64,000 nucleotides of DNA from a virus, in IMG/VR virus record IMGVR_UViG_3300004881_000001, positions 1 through 64,000 of that record. One strand, 5' to 3'. Below are positions 1 through 9,153 of this stretch, one piece after another. The position numbers were made by a program, and so were the translations under genes. Position 1 is the stretch's first letter. Every line of letters starts with the position of its first letter. The notes beneath the pieces are model-generated. The model saw nothing but the letters and a program-made list of their open reading frames with translations. It searched no databases and was not told the DNA's origin.

Positions 1-1071
1 ACCAGGGCATTCGTTTGGACACATTAATGTCCAGTTTCCGTTTTCTTCAACACGTTTCATGAATAAATCTGGAATCCATAAAGCATAGAATAAATCCCTA
101 GCTCTCATTTCCTCCTTACCGTGATTCTTCTTTAAATCTAGGAAATCAAATATGTCAGCATGCCAAGGTTCTAGATAAATGGCAAAAGAACCTTTCCTAC
201 GACCTCCTCCCTGGTCTACATATCTAGCAGTCTCATTAAAATTCTTTAACATAGGTACAATGCCATTAGAAGTTCCGTTAGTTCCTTTAATATAAGATCC
301 TTTAGCTCTAATGTCATGGATAGATAGCCCGATACCTCCCGCTGATTGCGATATTTGGGCGCATTGTTTTAACGTGTCATAGATTCCATCAATACTATCC
401 TCCTTCATAGTCAATAAAAAACAAGAGGACATTTGAGGTTTTGGAGTTCCTGAGTTAAATAAAGTTGGTGTAGCATGAGTAAACCAACCCTCAGACATTA
501 AATTATAAGTCTCAATTGCTGAATCAATATCGTTTTGATGAATCCCTACAGCTACTCTCATAATCATGTGCTGCGGTCGTTCCGCTATCTCTCCCTTAAG
601 CTTAGTTAAATATGACCTCTCTAATGTTTTAAAGCCAAAGAAATCGTAATTAAAATCTCTGTCATAAATAATAGCAGAATCTAACACCTCTGAATTTTCT
701 TTGATTATCTTATAAACTTCCTCAGATAGTAGAGGAGCTTTTTCCCCTGTTTTAGGGTCTACATAATTATAAAAGCCTTTCATAGTACTGCTGAAAGACT
801 TTTTAGTGTTTTTATGTAGATTTGACACTGCTATTCTGGAAGCTAGTAGTGCGTAATCAGGATGTTGAATAGTATTTGTAGCCGATACCTCCGCAGCTAA
901 ATTATCCAACTCCGTTGTAGTTACTCCGTCATAGATCCCTTCCACAACTTTTTTAGCTACTTTCTCAGGGGATACCTTTTCATTGAGTCCATAGCAAAGT
1001 TTTTTAATTCGAGCTGTAATCTTATCAAATCTTACAGCTTCTTTTTTCCCATTTCGTTTAGTTACGTGCAT
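1..1071 (-). CDS. nrdA: ribonucleotide reductase large (alpha) subunit, class I; N-terminal 357 codons only, gene runs off the window start
   Basis: Own minus-strand translation from ATG at 1071..1069: [29 protein letters not shown] (ATP-cone-like), [79 protein letters not shown]. Frame is open to base 1, so it is absent from the ORF track. Confidence 0.85.
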   Translation of the reverse strand, partial: MHVTKRNGKKEAVRFDKITARIKKLCYGLNEKVSPEKVAKKVVEGIYDGVTTTELDNLAAEVSATNTIQHPDYALLASRIAVSNLHKNTKKSFSSTMKGFYNYVDPKTGEKAPLLSEEVYKIIKENSEVLDSAIIYDRDFNYDFFGFKTLERSYLTKLKGEIAERPQHMIMRVAVGIHQNDIDSAIETYNLMSEGWFTHATPTLFNSGTPKPQMSSCFLLTMKEDSIDGIYDTLKQCAQISQSAGGIGLSIHDIRAKGSYIKGTNGTSNGIVPMLKNFNETARYVDQGGGRRKGSFAIYLEPWHADIFDFLDLKKNHGKEEMRARDLFYALWIPDLFMKRVEENGNWTLMCPNECPG

Positions 1072-1092
1072 ACTTTATTTTTAGTTTTTGTT

Positions 1093-1362
1093 TTAGCAAT
1101 ACTTCTCCATAACATCTATAGCTGCTATAATTTTTTGGAACTCAGGTATTTCTACTGTACTCTTGTCTTTATTGTTTTTAGCTATTTTCGTTAATTCACT
1201 GTATAGAATAACTGTAATATCCACCCGCGCTTTGTTTTTTAAGTGGTTATAAAACGTATCTAAAACGTCACTTAAGTATAAATCCACCTTATGGTTTTTA
1301 TCTAAGCTAAGGGCATTATCCTCTAACCCCTCTTTTTCTAACCATTTTTTAATTTCTTCCAT
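1093..1362 (-). CDS. hypothetical protein (89 aa)
   Basis: ORF track; co-oriented and tightly packed with neighbours; no motif recognised. Confidence 0.55.
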   Translation of the reverse strand: MEEIKKWLEKEGLEDNALSLDKNHKVDLYLSDVLDTFYNHLKNKARVDITVILYSELTKIAKNNKDKSTVEIPEFQKIIAAIDVMEKYC

Positions 1363-1369
1363 TTTGTTT

Positions 1370-1681
1370 TTAGTTTTGTTTAAGTTTTACCTCGTACTTC
1401 TTGGCTAGTTTAGCAGAGAAATCCTCTATACCCATAGGTTTTTTAACGTTTTCTAATGACCCGTAACTACTCCATTCGTGATTCCATTCCCTAGCTTCAT
1501 GAAGTATTTCGCATATCATTAGCTCGTTCTCTGTTATAAATTTTCTATTAAAAAAAGGTCCGCAACTTTTATGCAATTCACCAATAGCTTCAAATTTTTC
1601 ATTATCAGTAAATTTCTCATTATTCATGATTAACCTTAACTTGTGCCTAAATTTTTCCATTTTCTTTTGCTTTAGATTCAA
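1370..1681 (-). CDS. hypothetical protein (103 aa)
   Basis: ORF track; co-oriented and tightly packed; start uncertain (overlaps upstream ORF by 35 nt). Confidence 0.55.
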   Translation of the reverse strand: MNLKQKKMEKFRHKLRLIMNNEKFTDNEKFEAIGELHKSCGPFFNRKFITENELMICEILHEAREWNHEWSSYGSLENVKKPMGIEDFSAKLAKKYEVKLKQN

Positions 1682-1994
1682 ATTTTTCTTTTAGTTTTAA
1701 GTATTTTTTATACTCCTCTTCCTCTTTCTTTCCATCAGCTGTTTTCTTATACTTCTCTTCCTCTAATCTAGTCTCGTACTCCCAGTCGTACTCTTCCCTA
1801 GTTCCTCTCAGTACAGTAAGGAGTAATCCCCATCTTTGGTGTGATGAAACTTGTATATCTTCCCAACCATCCTCACTATAAAGCTTATAAAGTCTTTGTA
1901 ATTTTATTATAGCCTCTTCTATACCTCCTCCAAAAATATGTTCTGGCGATACAGCGTCTATCTCCTCCGTGATTTTAAGCCTCTTCTTCACCAC
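1647..1994 (-). CDS. hypothetical protein (115 aa), E/K-rich C-terminus
   Basis: ORF track; co-oriented and tightly packed. Confidence 0.55.
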   Translation of the reverse strand: MVKKRLKITEEIDAVSPEHIFGGGIEEAIIKLQRLYKLYSEDGWEDIQVSSHQRWGLLLTVLRGTREEYDWEYETRLEEEKYKKTADGKKEEEEYKKYLKLKEKFESKAKENGKI

Positions 1995-2172
1995 AACCTC
2001 CTTCCGATAAATAAAACTCCAACTTATGTCTCCGCATAAAGCCCTCCATAGAAGCTTTTGTTGTTACTGTAAACCTACCGTGTGTAGGCATAGCCCATTC
2101 ATACTGTCCATCTGGTAATCTACTTACCTTAATTTTACTTTTTTGTTCCATTTTTATTGATTTTATATCCAT
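1975..2172 (-). CDS. hypothetical protein (65 aa)
   Basis: ORF track; co-oriented; start uncertain. Confidence 0.45.
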   Translation of the reverse strand: MDIKSIKMEQKSKIKVSRLPDGQYEWAMPTHGRFTVTTKASMEGFMRRHKLEFYLSEGGCGEEEA

Positions 2173-2938
2173 TTAAATAAATTTCCTGTTTAACGATAAA
2201 GGGATCATATAGTTCACTATCCCTAGCTATTTTAATATCTAGGTCTTTTTCTAGCCTAGCTTTTCTACCATCTGATCTAGTTAGTACATTGTGAAGCCAA
2301 GACCCTGCTCCTAACCCGTGAAATTTTAGTATTTGATATCTAGTCTCTGAGGTAATCTTAGAATATTTCCCTCTCACTAACAAGTCAAAGTCCTCTCTAG
2401 CACCTTTAGGCACTGTAAACTCATATAATATATGGTAATCATCCACTTTATGGGCTTCTTTATACCAAGAATGAAATTGTAAACTAGATCTAAGCTCAGA
2501 GTATTTAGTTGAGGGGCTATGTCTATACAATAAGAATATGTTTTTTCCATAATCCTCCTTTACATTAGACTCTGTCCCTATAAAGCAGTTACAAAAGAAA
2601 GACTTCCATTTAAAATAATGACGATCTCTACCTAGTAGGGGCATTATGAAAGTAGAAGACTTAGATAATACGTGGGTTTTTAAATAGTATCCAGGCCCTC
2701 CGTCTGGAGTAGCTGTGGTTATCTTAGTAATGTTCATCACTCTGTAATCCTCCCCTAATTCCACTAATCCCTCCAACTCTACGCTAAATTGGCCATACAT
2801 ACTTAACCCTACAATATCTCCTTCAGAATTTAGTTTCTCAAAATTTTTATCTATAGGACAGACTCTTAGTGTTCTAGCATTATGAGCCTCCAACACAATA
2901 CTCTTACCTCCTACCTTAATAGTTTTATTCCTTATCAT
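2135..2938 (-). CDS. hypothetical protein (267 aa)
   Basis: Long ORF in the replication/nucleotide-metabolism arm; no motif recognised (checked for the ThyX RHRxxS signature; it does not fit). Confidence 0.65.
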   Translation of the reverse strand: MIRNKTIKVGGKSIVLEAHNARTLRVCPIDKNFEKLNSEGDIVGLSMYGQFSVELEGLVELGEDYRVMNITKITTATPDGGPGYYLKTHVLSKSSTFIMPLLGRDRHYFKWKSFFCNCFIGTESNVKEDYGKNIFLLYRHSPSTKYSELRSSLQFHSWYKEAHKVDDYHILYEFTVPKGAREDFDLLVRGKYSKITSETRYQILKFHGLGAGSWLHNVLTRSDGRKARLEKDLDIKIARDSELYDPFIVKQEIYLNGYKINKNGTKK

Positions 2939-3708
2939 AGCTCAACCTCCTTGGTAGTTACTGAAACCCCTGTAGACTTAAACTCTACTTTAGGAATATA
3001 CCCAACTTCCTGCATAAAGTCTTCGTCCGTTCTAAGTAGATATACCTGCCTAAAGTTTTTCTGAAACTCATATATACTCTGTCCTGGCTCTGGGAAATGG
3101 TGTAGGTAAATCTTAAGAATACTCCCCGCTAAGTCCTTAATGGATAGATCCTCCGAGTTTTGAAAATCGTTAATCATATCCCTAGCCTTTTTAGGCCCCA
3201 CTCCCTTAATACCTTTAATATTATCTCCATGATCTCCAGTTAATGTTTGTAACCATAAAAACATGAAAGCCTCGTTAAGATCTGTCTCAACCCACTCACC
3301 TTTACCATAATTATAGTGGCTACCTGGGATCTGTTTTAACACATCTTTATCCGCAGTGGCTATGACCATTTCGTTATCTGTATCGTTGAATTTATAGTAG
3401 GAAGCAATATCGTCTGCTTCAACCTCTTTATAGGACAATGCCCCCCAATCTGCTTTTATGTATTCCTTTAAGGTTTTCGTATAAGTGGGTATACCCCTAC
3501 CTTTCCTATTCCCTTTATAATCAGGATTAACTTCGTGCCTAAAATACTTTCCCTCAGATAAAACTAGAGTATAATCAGTTGCCTCAGTTACTTCTATAAT
3601 TTCCTGTATTCTAGAGTCTATAACTTCAATACTATCATACACGTTTCCTTTAGAACTCATATAACATAATGAGTCTGCGTCTATTATTACTTTTCTTTTA
3701 GTTCCCAT
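2935..3708 (-). CDS. 5'-3' exonuclease / flap endonuclease (FEN, RNase H-like)
   Basis: N-terminal acidic PIN-like segment VIIDADSLCY; H3TH-type motif LTGDHGDNIKGIKGVGPKKARDMI. Confidence 0.8.
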   Translation of the reverse strand: MGTKRKVIIDADSLCYMSSKGNVYDSIEVIDSRIQEIIEVTEATDYTLVLSEGKYFRHEVNPDYKGNRKGRGIPTYTKTLKEYIKADWGALSYKEVEADDIASYYKFNDTDNEMVIATADKDVLKQIPGSHYNYGKGEWVETDLNEAFMFLWLQTLTGDHGDNIKGIKGVGPKKARDMINDFQNSEDLSIKDLAGSILKIYLHHFPEPGQSIYEFQKNFRQVYLLRTDEDFMQEVGYIPKVEFKSTGVSVTTKEVEL

Positions 3709-3712
3709 TTTG

Positions 3713-4237
3713 TTAAGATTTATAGTTATACACTGCTAATTCGAATTGCCTTCTTTTCTCCAAAGATTTAGATTTTAAGACTATTTGCTTACCTCCTCTA
3801 TTAACCTTATAGTGGCAGTAGTTAAGTATTTTATTGATATTATCCCCGCAAAGAAGATTGTACTTATCAATGTAGTGCTTAACTTTACCCACCCCCATAT
3901 TATACGCCAACAACCCTAGTGCTAAAGATTTATTTCCTGTTAAATCCGTAGCCTTCTCTATTTCTAAGACTCTTTTGTCTAAATCCTTCTTTAAAAGGGC
4001 TGTAGCGTGATACTCCGTTATAGGAGTAGAAAAAGTTTCCCCCTCAAGTATATGGTGACCGTACCCTATTGTAGGGGAACCGTCATTATCCAAGTAAATC
4101 TCATCTCTAAAACCTTCATGCTTCTTTAGGTGTTTTATTACGTTATTGTAAAGAATCTCTTCTCGTATAGCCTCTGGGTCTATTGTCACGTTATTTAACA
4201 AAATCCCAATTCCTATTGCAAAAACTTGTCCTATCAT
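3713..4237 (-). CDS. T4-type (GH24) lysozyme with weakly hydrophobic N-terminus
   Basis: HEGFRDEIYLDNDGSPTIGYGH: E, D(+9), T(+15) spacing is identical to the T4 lysozyme E11/D20/T26 triad. N-terminus is MIGQVFAIGIGILLNNV. Confidence 0.75.
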   Translation of the reverse strand: MIGQVFAIGIGILLNNVTIDPEAIREEILYNNVIKHLKKHEGFRDEIYLDNDGSPTIGYGHHILEGETFSTPITEYHATALLKKDLDKRVLEIEKATDLTGNKSLALGLLAYNMGVGKVKHYIDKYNLLCGDNINKILNYCHYKVNRGGKQIVLKSKSLEKRRQFELAVYNYKS

Positions 4238-4238
4238 A

Positions 4239-4826
4239 TCATAATATTTTAATTGTAAAAACGAGTTTCCTATCTTTAGGATCTGAAACCCAGTGGTATT
4301 GTTTTCTACCGCTTTCTATTACGTGGTCTGGATCATCGTCTGCTATTATCCCACAATCTTGTAGGGAATCTTCAAAAAACTTTTCCAGTAACCACATATT
4401 ACTTACGTCAGGCATATTTCTTCTTTTTACCTCGTATATATCACAAGATACGGATAATAATTCATTTTCCAACAATTTTATAGGTTTTATTTGTTTTTTT
4501 ATATATTTAGAGAAGTATTCATGAAAAAATCCTGCCACTTTTTTTCTCATTCTCCAGTCTAGATTACCGTTGTATAGGTCTTGACCGTTTAGTATCCATA
4601 AATTAGGTTTACCTACAGACTTAGTGTTTTTCAAAAACCTTTCTCCACTACCATCGCAGCAATATTCTTTCTTACCTACCTTTACTGGGTGGGAGGCCAA
4701 CTTTAGAAGATGCTTACTGGGCAATCTTTCACGATCTCTCCATAACCAATACTTAGGCATGGTTCTCCCTGATTTTTGGTAATAATTTTGCCACTCAGGG
4801 ATTACTACTTTCCAACTCTTGCTCAT
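4239..4826 (-). CDS. RusA-like Holliday junction resolvase (putative)
   Basis: RRNMPDVSNMWLLEKFFEDSLQDCGIIADDDPDHV resembles the RusA D-x-D/S-N...D-x-L...G...DD..V signature; N-terminal WQNYYQ resembles RusA NNRYY. Confidence 0.45.
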   Translation of the reverse strand: MSKSWKVVIPEWQNYYQKSGRTMPKYWLWRDRERLPSKHLLKLASHPVKVGKKEYCCDGSGERFLKNTKSVGKPNLWILNGQDLYNGNLDWRMRKKVAGFFHEYFSKYIKKQIKPIKLLENELLSVSCDIYEVKRRNMPDVSNMWLLEKFFEDSLQDCGIIADDDPDHVIESGRKQYHWVSDPKDRKLVFTIKIL

Positions 4827-5847
4827 AACTGTAATTAATATTGTTTAAAAATGTTTTTAATTTATCGTACCCAAACTTTTCTACAAAGTCTGAAGGATCT
4901 TTCTCAGTGTCTTTAGGTAAAAAAATAGCCTTTATATGGTGTATACTCTCTAACTTCTTAGCTGCCTTCTCTCCCGCTTCATCGTTATCGTATAGAAATA
5001 CTATTTGAGAGAATCGATTTCTAAGTCCTTGAATAACTTCTTGCGGTATTCTCATAGCCTCCCCGTGAGGAGCAATAGCGGGTATTCCTAGTTTATGGAG
5101 AACCATTACATCTTTCAAAGACTTTGTGATTATAAGCCTTTCTCCCAACCTAGGTAATTGATCAAATCCCTGTAAGGTTTCTGAGGTGACGTTACTAAGC
5201 CACTTTTGCTTTTTGTTTTTAGCTAATGGTTGGTATATTTTCCAAGAATCTCTACCGTCACTTAGTTTGCCGAAATAATACCCATAACAAATCTTATCTC
5301 TGTTTATATTCTTAAAGCCTTTTCTACTATGCATAGTTAGGCTTTTGACGGGGAATATATTAAATTTTTTCAGTATCTTAACCCCTATACCATATTTATC
5401 CTTCCAGTAAGTGCCATCTATCTTCTCCCACTTCCTTCTATATACTTTTAAAGTTACGGGTACTTTGTACTCTTCTAAGTCCTCATCCTTTAGATTATAA
5501 GTCTTTGGATTAATATTAGGAGCAGTAGGTAAAGAGCCGCTATTTAGATTGTTAAAGCCTAGACAAAAATCTCTATTAATCATACACAAAGCCCCTATAA
5601 AATCTACTGCGTATCTCTTCATTATATAGTTGAAGCAATTTAAAGAATCCCCAGTACTAAAATCAAAGTAGTTAAGTTTTTTACCAGATAGATATATTTT
5701 ACAACTGGGATTATTATCCTTTCTTAATTCACTTCTAAAAAGAGTACCTATTTCTTTAAAGTTAGATATATATGCTTTAAAAATATCATACTCAGATACT
5801 TTACTTAAAATGTTTTCTTTACTTACAACTCTATTCCCGTAACTCAT
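4795..5847 (-). CDS. DNA primase, Toprim domain
   Basis: Toprim-like LIITKSLKDVMVLHKLGIPAIAPHGE ... IVFLYDNDEAGEKAAKKL. Confidence 0.7.
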   Translation of the reverse strand: MSYGNRVVSKENILSKVSEYDIFKAYISNFKEIGTLFRSELRKDNNPSCKIYLSGKKLNYFDFSTGDSLNCFNYIMKRYAVDFIGALCMINRDFCLGFNNLNSGSLPTAPNINPKTYNLKDEDLEEYKVPVTLKVYRRKWEKIDGTYWKDKYGIGVKILKKFNIFPVKSLTMHSRKGFKNINRDKICYGYYFGKLSDGRDSWKIYQPLAKNKKQKWLSNVTSETLQGFDQLPRLGERLIITKSLKDVMVLHKLGIPAIAPHGEAMRIPQEVIQGLRNRFSQIVFLYDNDEAGEKAAKKLESIHHIKAIFLPKDTEKDPSDFVEKFGYDKLKTFLNNINYSYEQELESSNP

Positions 5848-5849
5848 AT

Positions 5850-5879
5850 ATTTAAAGTAGTAAGGGGCTAAAAGCCCCC
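5850..5879 (-). terminator. possible intrinsic terminator after the SSB-like gene
   Basis: GGGGCT-AAA-AGCCCC 6-bp GC stem (5864..5878), followed on the minus strand by TTACTACTTT; the T-run is weak. Confidence 0.3.
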
Positions 5880-5904
5880 TACATTTTTAATTAATATTCA
5901 ACTC

Positions 5905-6522
5905 TTAAAACAAAAGATCATCGTCGCCTGCCGAACTAGAGCCTGCTGCGCCCATAGCTTCCTTCTCCTCCTCAGAAACTTCGTCTACAGGAGCCTCGTA
6001 TAGATCATACTTAGGATCTGTTTTAAATCTAGATTCCGAAGCACTAGTACCGCCTTTTTCTATAAATGCAGGGATGAACGGTAAAGAGGGTCTGTATTTA
6101 CCGTCTTTAGTGTTTAATTTTAAAACTACTTTTAAGTTAAACTTTTTACCAATAGCCTCATTGTCAGAAAGTAATTTAGAGACATTATCTATAAAGTCTG
6201 AAAACCCTAAAGAATTTTCCACTGCTTGATAATAAGTCTCTTCATCAACTACCTTTGTACAGATGTGGAGTACACTAGTATTCACCTTGTCTTGCAAAAA
6301 AGGATTATCTGAATCGAAGTACGAATGTCTAAAAGTAGCCCCATTAGGCTGCTTGAAAACAATCTCAGCCCTATTTTCAGACACTACTCCTTCCTTATTC
6401 ACTGCCATTCCAAAGCTAACTAATACGCAGCCTTCTACTCTTTCTCCCGTCATTACTGGGATTGAGGAATATCCTTCGGTAATCGCACTACCGTTTTCCC
6501 CCATTCTTGAACCGTAACCCAT
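5905..6522 (-). CDS. ssb: single-stranded DNA-binding protein (putative; T7 gp2.5 / SSB-like acidic tail)
   Basis: C-terminus ...SSAGDDDLLF, an acidic tail ending in an aromatic residue like bacterial SSB DDDIPF and T7 gp2.5; lies between primase and ERF recombinase. Confidence 0.45.
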   Translation of the reverse strand: MGYGSRMGENGSAITEGYSSIPVMTGERVEGCVLVSFGMAVNKEGVVSENRAEIVFKQPNGATFRHSYFDSDNPFLQDKVNTSVLHICTKVVDEETYYQAVENSLGFSDFIDNVSKLLSDNEAIGKKFNLKVVLKLNTKDGKYRPSLPFIPAFIEKGGTSASESRFKTDPKYDLYEAPVDEVSEEEKEAMGAAGSSSAGDDDLLF

Positions 6523-6629
6523 AATTTAAATGTGTTTTTAATTATTAATTTGTAGGACATTTGTCTAAACCTACTATAAAGATGCCCCGTTATCTCCGTA
6601 GTAGGATTGAAGTAATGGCTAAATACTTT

Positions 6630-7181
6630 TTATGTATTTAAAGCTTTAACTTCTTTCATTAAATTTTCTTCATCTTTAGCTAAAATAGTGAAGGATTTCT
6701 TAGCTTCCTCTATAGATTTACCTTTAGCTAAGAAAGCTATTACTTTCTTCCATTCAGGAGTTCCTTGCTTTAGTTGAGGTTTCTTTCCCGTGTTACCTGC
6801 TGATTGATTCCCATCGTCATCCTCTCCTTCAACAATTAAGTTTAAAAAGGCGCACTGTGCGTATCTTTTTTGGTACGTTAAAGATGAGCCTATACCTTGA
6901 GGATCGTTTTTTGAGGGAGTCATTATAAATGATTCCTCAACCCATTGAGAGGATTTAGCGTGAAGTATTCTAGTTGTTAGTCCATTCTCACCTGCTGGAG
7001 CTTGTATAACTATCAATCCATTCTTAACTAGATGAGGTTTTATAGCTTTCTGTATAAACTCTAGTTTAGCGTATTTTGTCTTAAAAAAAGGATTTTTAGA
7101 TTCCTTTACTATAGGCTCTACTTCCTCGCTAAATTTTAACAAAGCTAATCCTAGTTCTGATATTTCTTCTGTTTGTTTCAT
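6630..7181 (-). CDS. erf: ERF-family single-strand annealing recombinase
   Basis: KNPFFKTKYAKLEFIQKAIKPHLVKNGL ... DPQGIGSSLTYQKRYAQCAFLNLIVEGEDDDGN. Start moved to ATG 7181 (MKQTEEIS), 1 nt after the upstream stop; the track start is 7226. Confidence 0.7.
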   Translation of the reverse strand: MKQTEEISELGLALLKFSEEVEPIVKESKNPFFKTKYAKLEFIQKAIKPHLVKNGLIVIQAPAGENGLTTRILHAKSSQWVEESFIMTPSKNDPQGIGSSLTYQKRYAQCAFLNLIVEGEDDDGNQSAGNTGKKPQLKQGTPEWKKVIAFLAKGKSIEEAKKSFTILAKDEENLMKEVKALNT

Positions 7182-7182
7182 A

Positions 7183-7446
7183 CTATTTATTAATTTTAAG
7201 TGTGTCTCCAACTTGGTACTCTTCAAAAGTTACTAATTCCCAACCTCTTCCAGTTGCGTCAGTTATTGCGTACTTAAAAGCCCCATATTTAGACTCAGTA
7301 ATACGTTCAGCTTTGTAAACTACAAGGTTTTGCTTCCCCACCCAGACTTTGTGTGAAGGGTAACTATCACAAGCCATAAATAATACAGTAGCTAAGGTCA
7401 CGTATAAAAAATACTTAATTTTGTTTTTAATTTTAAATGTTTTCAT
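7183..7446 (-). CDS. small lipoprotein (87 aa)
   Basis: Signal peptide with lipobox-like LFMAC|DS. Confidence 0.55.
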   Translation of the reverse strand: MKTFKIKNKIKYFLYVTLATVLFMACDSYPSHKVWVGKQNLVVYKAERITESKYGAFKYAITDATGRGWELVTFEEYQVGDTLKINK

Positions 7447-7555
7447 TTTGTTTTAGTTTTTAAAAGTAGTAGAGGGTGAAGCAGAAACGAATTCTTACTT
7501 CTTAAAGACGTATTCCTTGTTTGCCCGTGTACACTGAGGCTCGCTTACCTCGACT

Positions 7556-7637
7556 CTACTACCAATAACCCTAATTTACATTAAATATATCATAACTCCA
7601 AATAAAATTCATTAAAACGTAATTTTACTCGGTCGTT
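7556..7637 (-). repeat. 82-bp promoter-plus-hairpin repeat, copy R1
   Basis: 80/82 identical (aligned by eye) to 9205..9286. On the minus strand: hairpin TAAAATT-ACGTTTTAATG-AATTTTA (7603..7627), then a TATATTTA -7-like box (7582..7589). Confidence 0.85.
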
Positions 7638-7650
7638 ATAGCCAATTAAA

Positions 7651-7767
7651 CTATTCGCCATTTATATACTCTTTTATTAAGTCGTCAAGTGCAAATTCAT
7701 CAAGGTTTCTAATCCAATCAAACAATACTTCTCGTTTTTCTTCTTCTGTCATTTCTTCTATATTCAT
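7651..7767 (-). CDS. small acidic ORF (38 aa), own call
   Basis: Own translation: MNIEEMTEEEKREVLFDWIRNLDEFALDDLIKEYINGE; sits between repeat elements; below the track size cutoff. Confidence 0.3.
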   Translation of the reverse strand: MNIEEMTEEEKREVLFDWIRNLDEFALDDLIKEYINGE

Positions 7768-7791
7768 TTTTATTTATTTAAAATAACTGGC

Positions 7792-7918
7792 TATAACAAC
7801 GTATAAAATTAATACGGGTTAAATGCCTAATTTCAGCGAATTACCATTTAATTAAGTTAAAGCAGTACGGATGGTTTTCGCATTCTATTCCCGTACTAAT
7901 CTTATACAAACCGTTAGC
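7792..7918 (-). repeat. long bracketed palindromic element (TATAAC...GTTAGC)
   Basis: tataacaacgtataaaa ... cttatacaaaccgttagc arms; inner hairpin agtacgg/ccgtact (7865..7897); ends 7 nt before the stop of gene 7925..8179. Confidence 0.6.
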
Positions 7919-7924
7919 GTGCAT

Positions 7925-8179
7925 TTAAGCCTTACCTAAAAACTTTAAGCCTACTTTAAGTCTTGCTCTTGCATTACATCTTTGTAAATAGTCTTTTTCA
8001 TATTGGTCAGTAACAGTTTCGATTTGGTATTTTAATAGACTTGTAGAATAGCTTATCATAGATTCTTTTTCATCTTCACTACAAGCATCACTACAATCAG
8101 TTCCTAAAGCAAACCTTAAAAGTCTTAAAGCGAAGGTCTTGTCTTTTACAATTCTGTTATCTTTTATTGGGTTGTCCAT
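7925..8179 (-). CDS. hypothetical protein (84 aa)
   Basis: ORF track; cassette-like gene flanked by repeat elements. Confidence 0.5.
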   Translation of the reverse strand: MDNPIKDNRIVKDKTFALRLLRFALGTDCSDACSEDEKESMISYSTSLLKYQIETVTDQYEKDYLQRCNARARLKVGLKFLGKA

Positions 8180-8193
8180 ATCTAAAAAAGCAC

Positions 8194-8322
8194 CCTAACA
8201 AATTATAAAAACAAAAGCTATTCAGGTGCTTATTTCTAAGGCTTTTGTCTGTTTGGTATATGCTACCCTTATTCGTGCGTGGAGCATATTTACACGCTTC
8301 AATTTTTATACAAACCGTTAGC
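8194..8322 (-). repeat. long bracketed palindromic element (CCTAAC...GTTAGC)
   Basis: cctaacaaattataaaaa ... tttatacaaaccgttagc, same arm pattern as 7792..7918. Confidence 0.55.
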
Positions 8323-8333
8323 TACAATGAAAA

Positions 8334-8564
8334 TTACTTAACAAAGTTTGGCTTACCATCAAATGCTTTCCAATATAAATACCTCCATCCACTTTGCACG
8401 TAAGGGCTTTTACCTTCCTTATCAAGCAACCTATGCCCACCACTTTTACTAACATTTAAATGTGTTGGATTTTTTATTGTAACCTCAAAGCCATCACTCC
8501 ATTTGTAAGTTCTGTATTCTTCACTTTGTATTTCTATAAAAAATAATCCGCTTTCGTTTATCAT
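8334..8564 (-). CDS. hypothetical protein (76 aa), downstream partner of the Panacea-domain gene
   Basis: ORF track; 56 nt downstream of 8621..9121 on the same strand. Confidence 0.5.
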   Translation of the reverse strand: MINESGLFFIEIQSEEYRTYKWSDGFEVTIKNPTHLNVSKSGGHRLLDKEGKSPYVQSGWRYLYWKAFDGKPNFVK

Positions 8565-8620
8565 ATCCGTAATTTTAAAAGATGACCAGCACCTATATTC
8601 AAACCTTTTTTTGCCATACT

Positions 8621-9121
8621 CTAAAAATTAGAATAATGACCTAAAGTATTTTGTGTATTTACTACTGGAATCCTATTGAAAGAATCTAATGCAAAATCAA
8701 CTGTAGTGTCTTTGTTGATAATTACTTCTTTATCACTCGGTTGATCGCTTAAAAGACCTTTTCTACTGTTTTTCCAAGGTAAATCATTATGAGTTAAATC
8801 AACTAAATCTGAACCTGTTAAATGACCATAAGACCTCCATATATCATTTAAATGATTTACAGTTATATCATCCACATCCAAATTCACAGCTCTATTACTT
8901 GGAATAATAGAACTTCTTTTCATAAACTTAAAATTAGCCCAAACATCATAAACCATAGGACCATATATCCAAGCTTGAATTCTGTCGTTAAACAACCTTT
9001 TGTTATTTTTAACAAAAAACCAAAGCTGAGAATAATACAGTAACTTCTGTAATTTCAACGGACTAACACCTTTCTTAATAAAGAAAGAAGAAATATCTAA
9101 TGCTCTATAATTTGTTTTCAT
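8621..9121 (-). CDS. Panacea / DUF4065 (SocA/GepA-like) antitoxin-domain protein
   Basis: VSPLKLQKLLYYSQLWFFV...IQAWIYGPMVYDVW and ...LTHNDLPWKNS match the DUF4065 hallmarks (KLQKLLYY, AW.YGPV, TH...PW). Confidence 0.7.
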   Translation of the reverse strand: MKTNYRALDISSFFIKKGVSPLKLQKLLYYSQLWFFVKNNKRLFNDRIQAWIYGPMVYDVWANFKFMKRSSIIPSNRAVNLDVDDITVNHLNDIWRSYGHLTGSDLVDLTHNDLPWKNSRKGLLSDQPSDKEVIINKDTTVDFALDSFNRIPVVNTQNTLGHYSNF

Positions 9122-9153
9122 TTTAGTTTTGAATTAGCAATTTCTTGCTTTTG

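Noticed and set aside
2135-2938. Possible flavin-dependent thymidylate synthase (ThyX), because the gene lies near RNR and contains YRHSPSTKYSELR.
   Set aside because: - The spacing does not fit the ThyX RHRxxSxxxxSxR signature.
- No other ThyX block was recognised.
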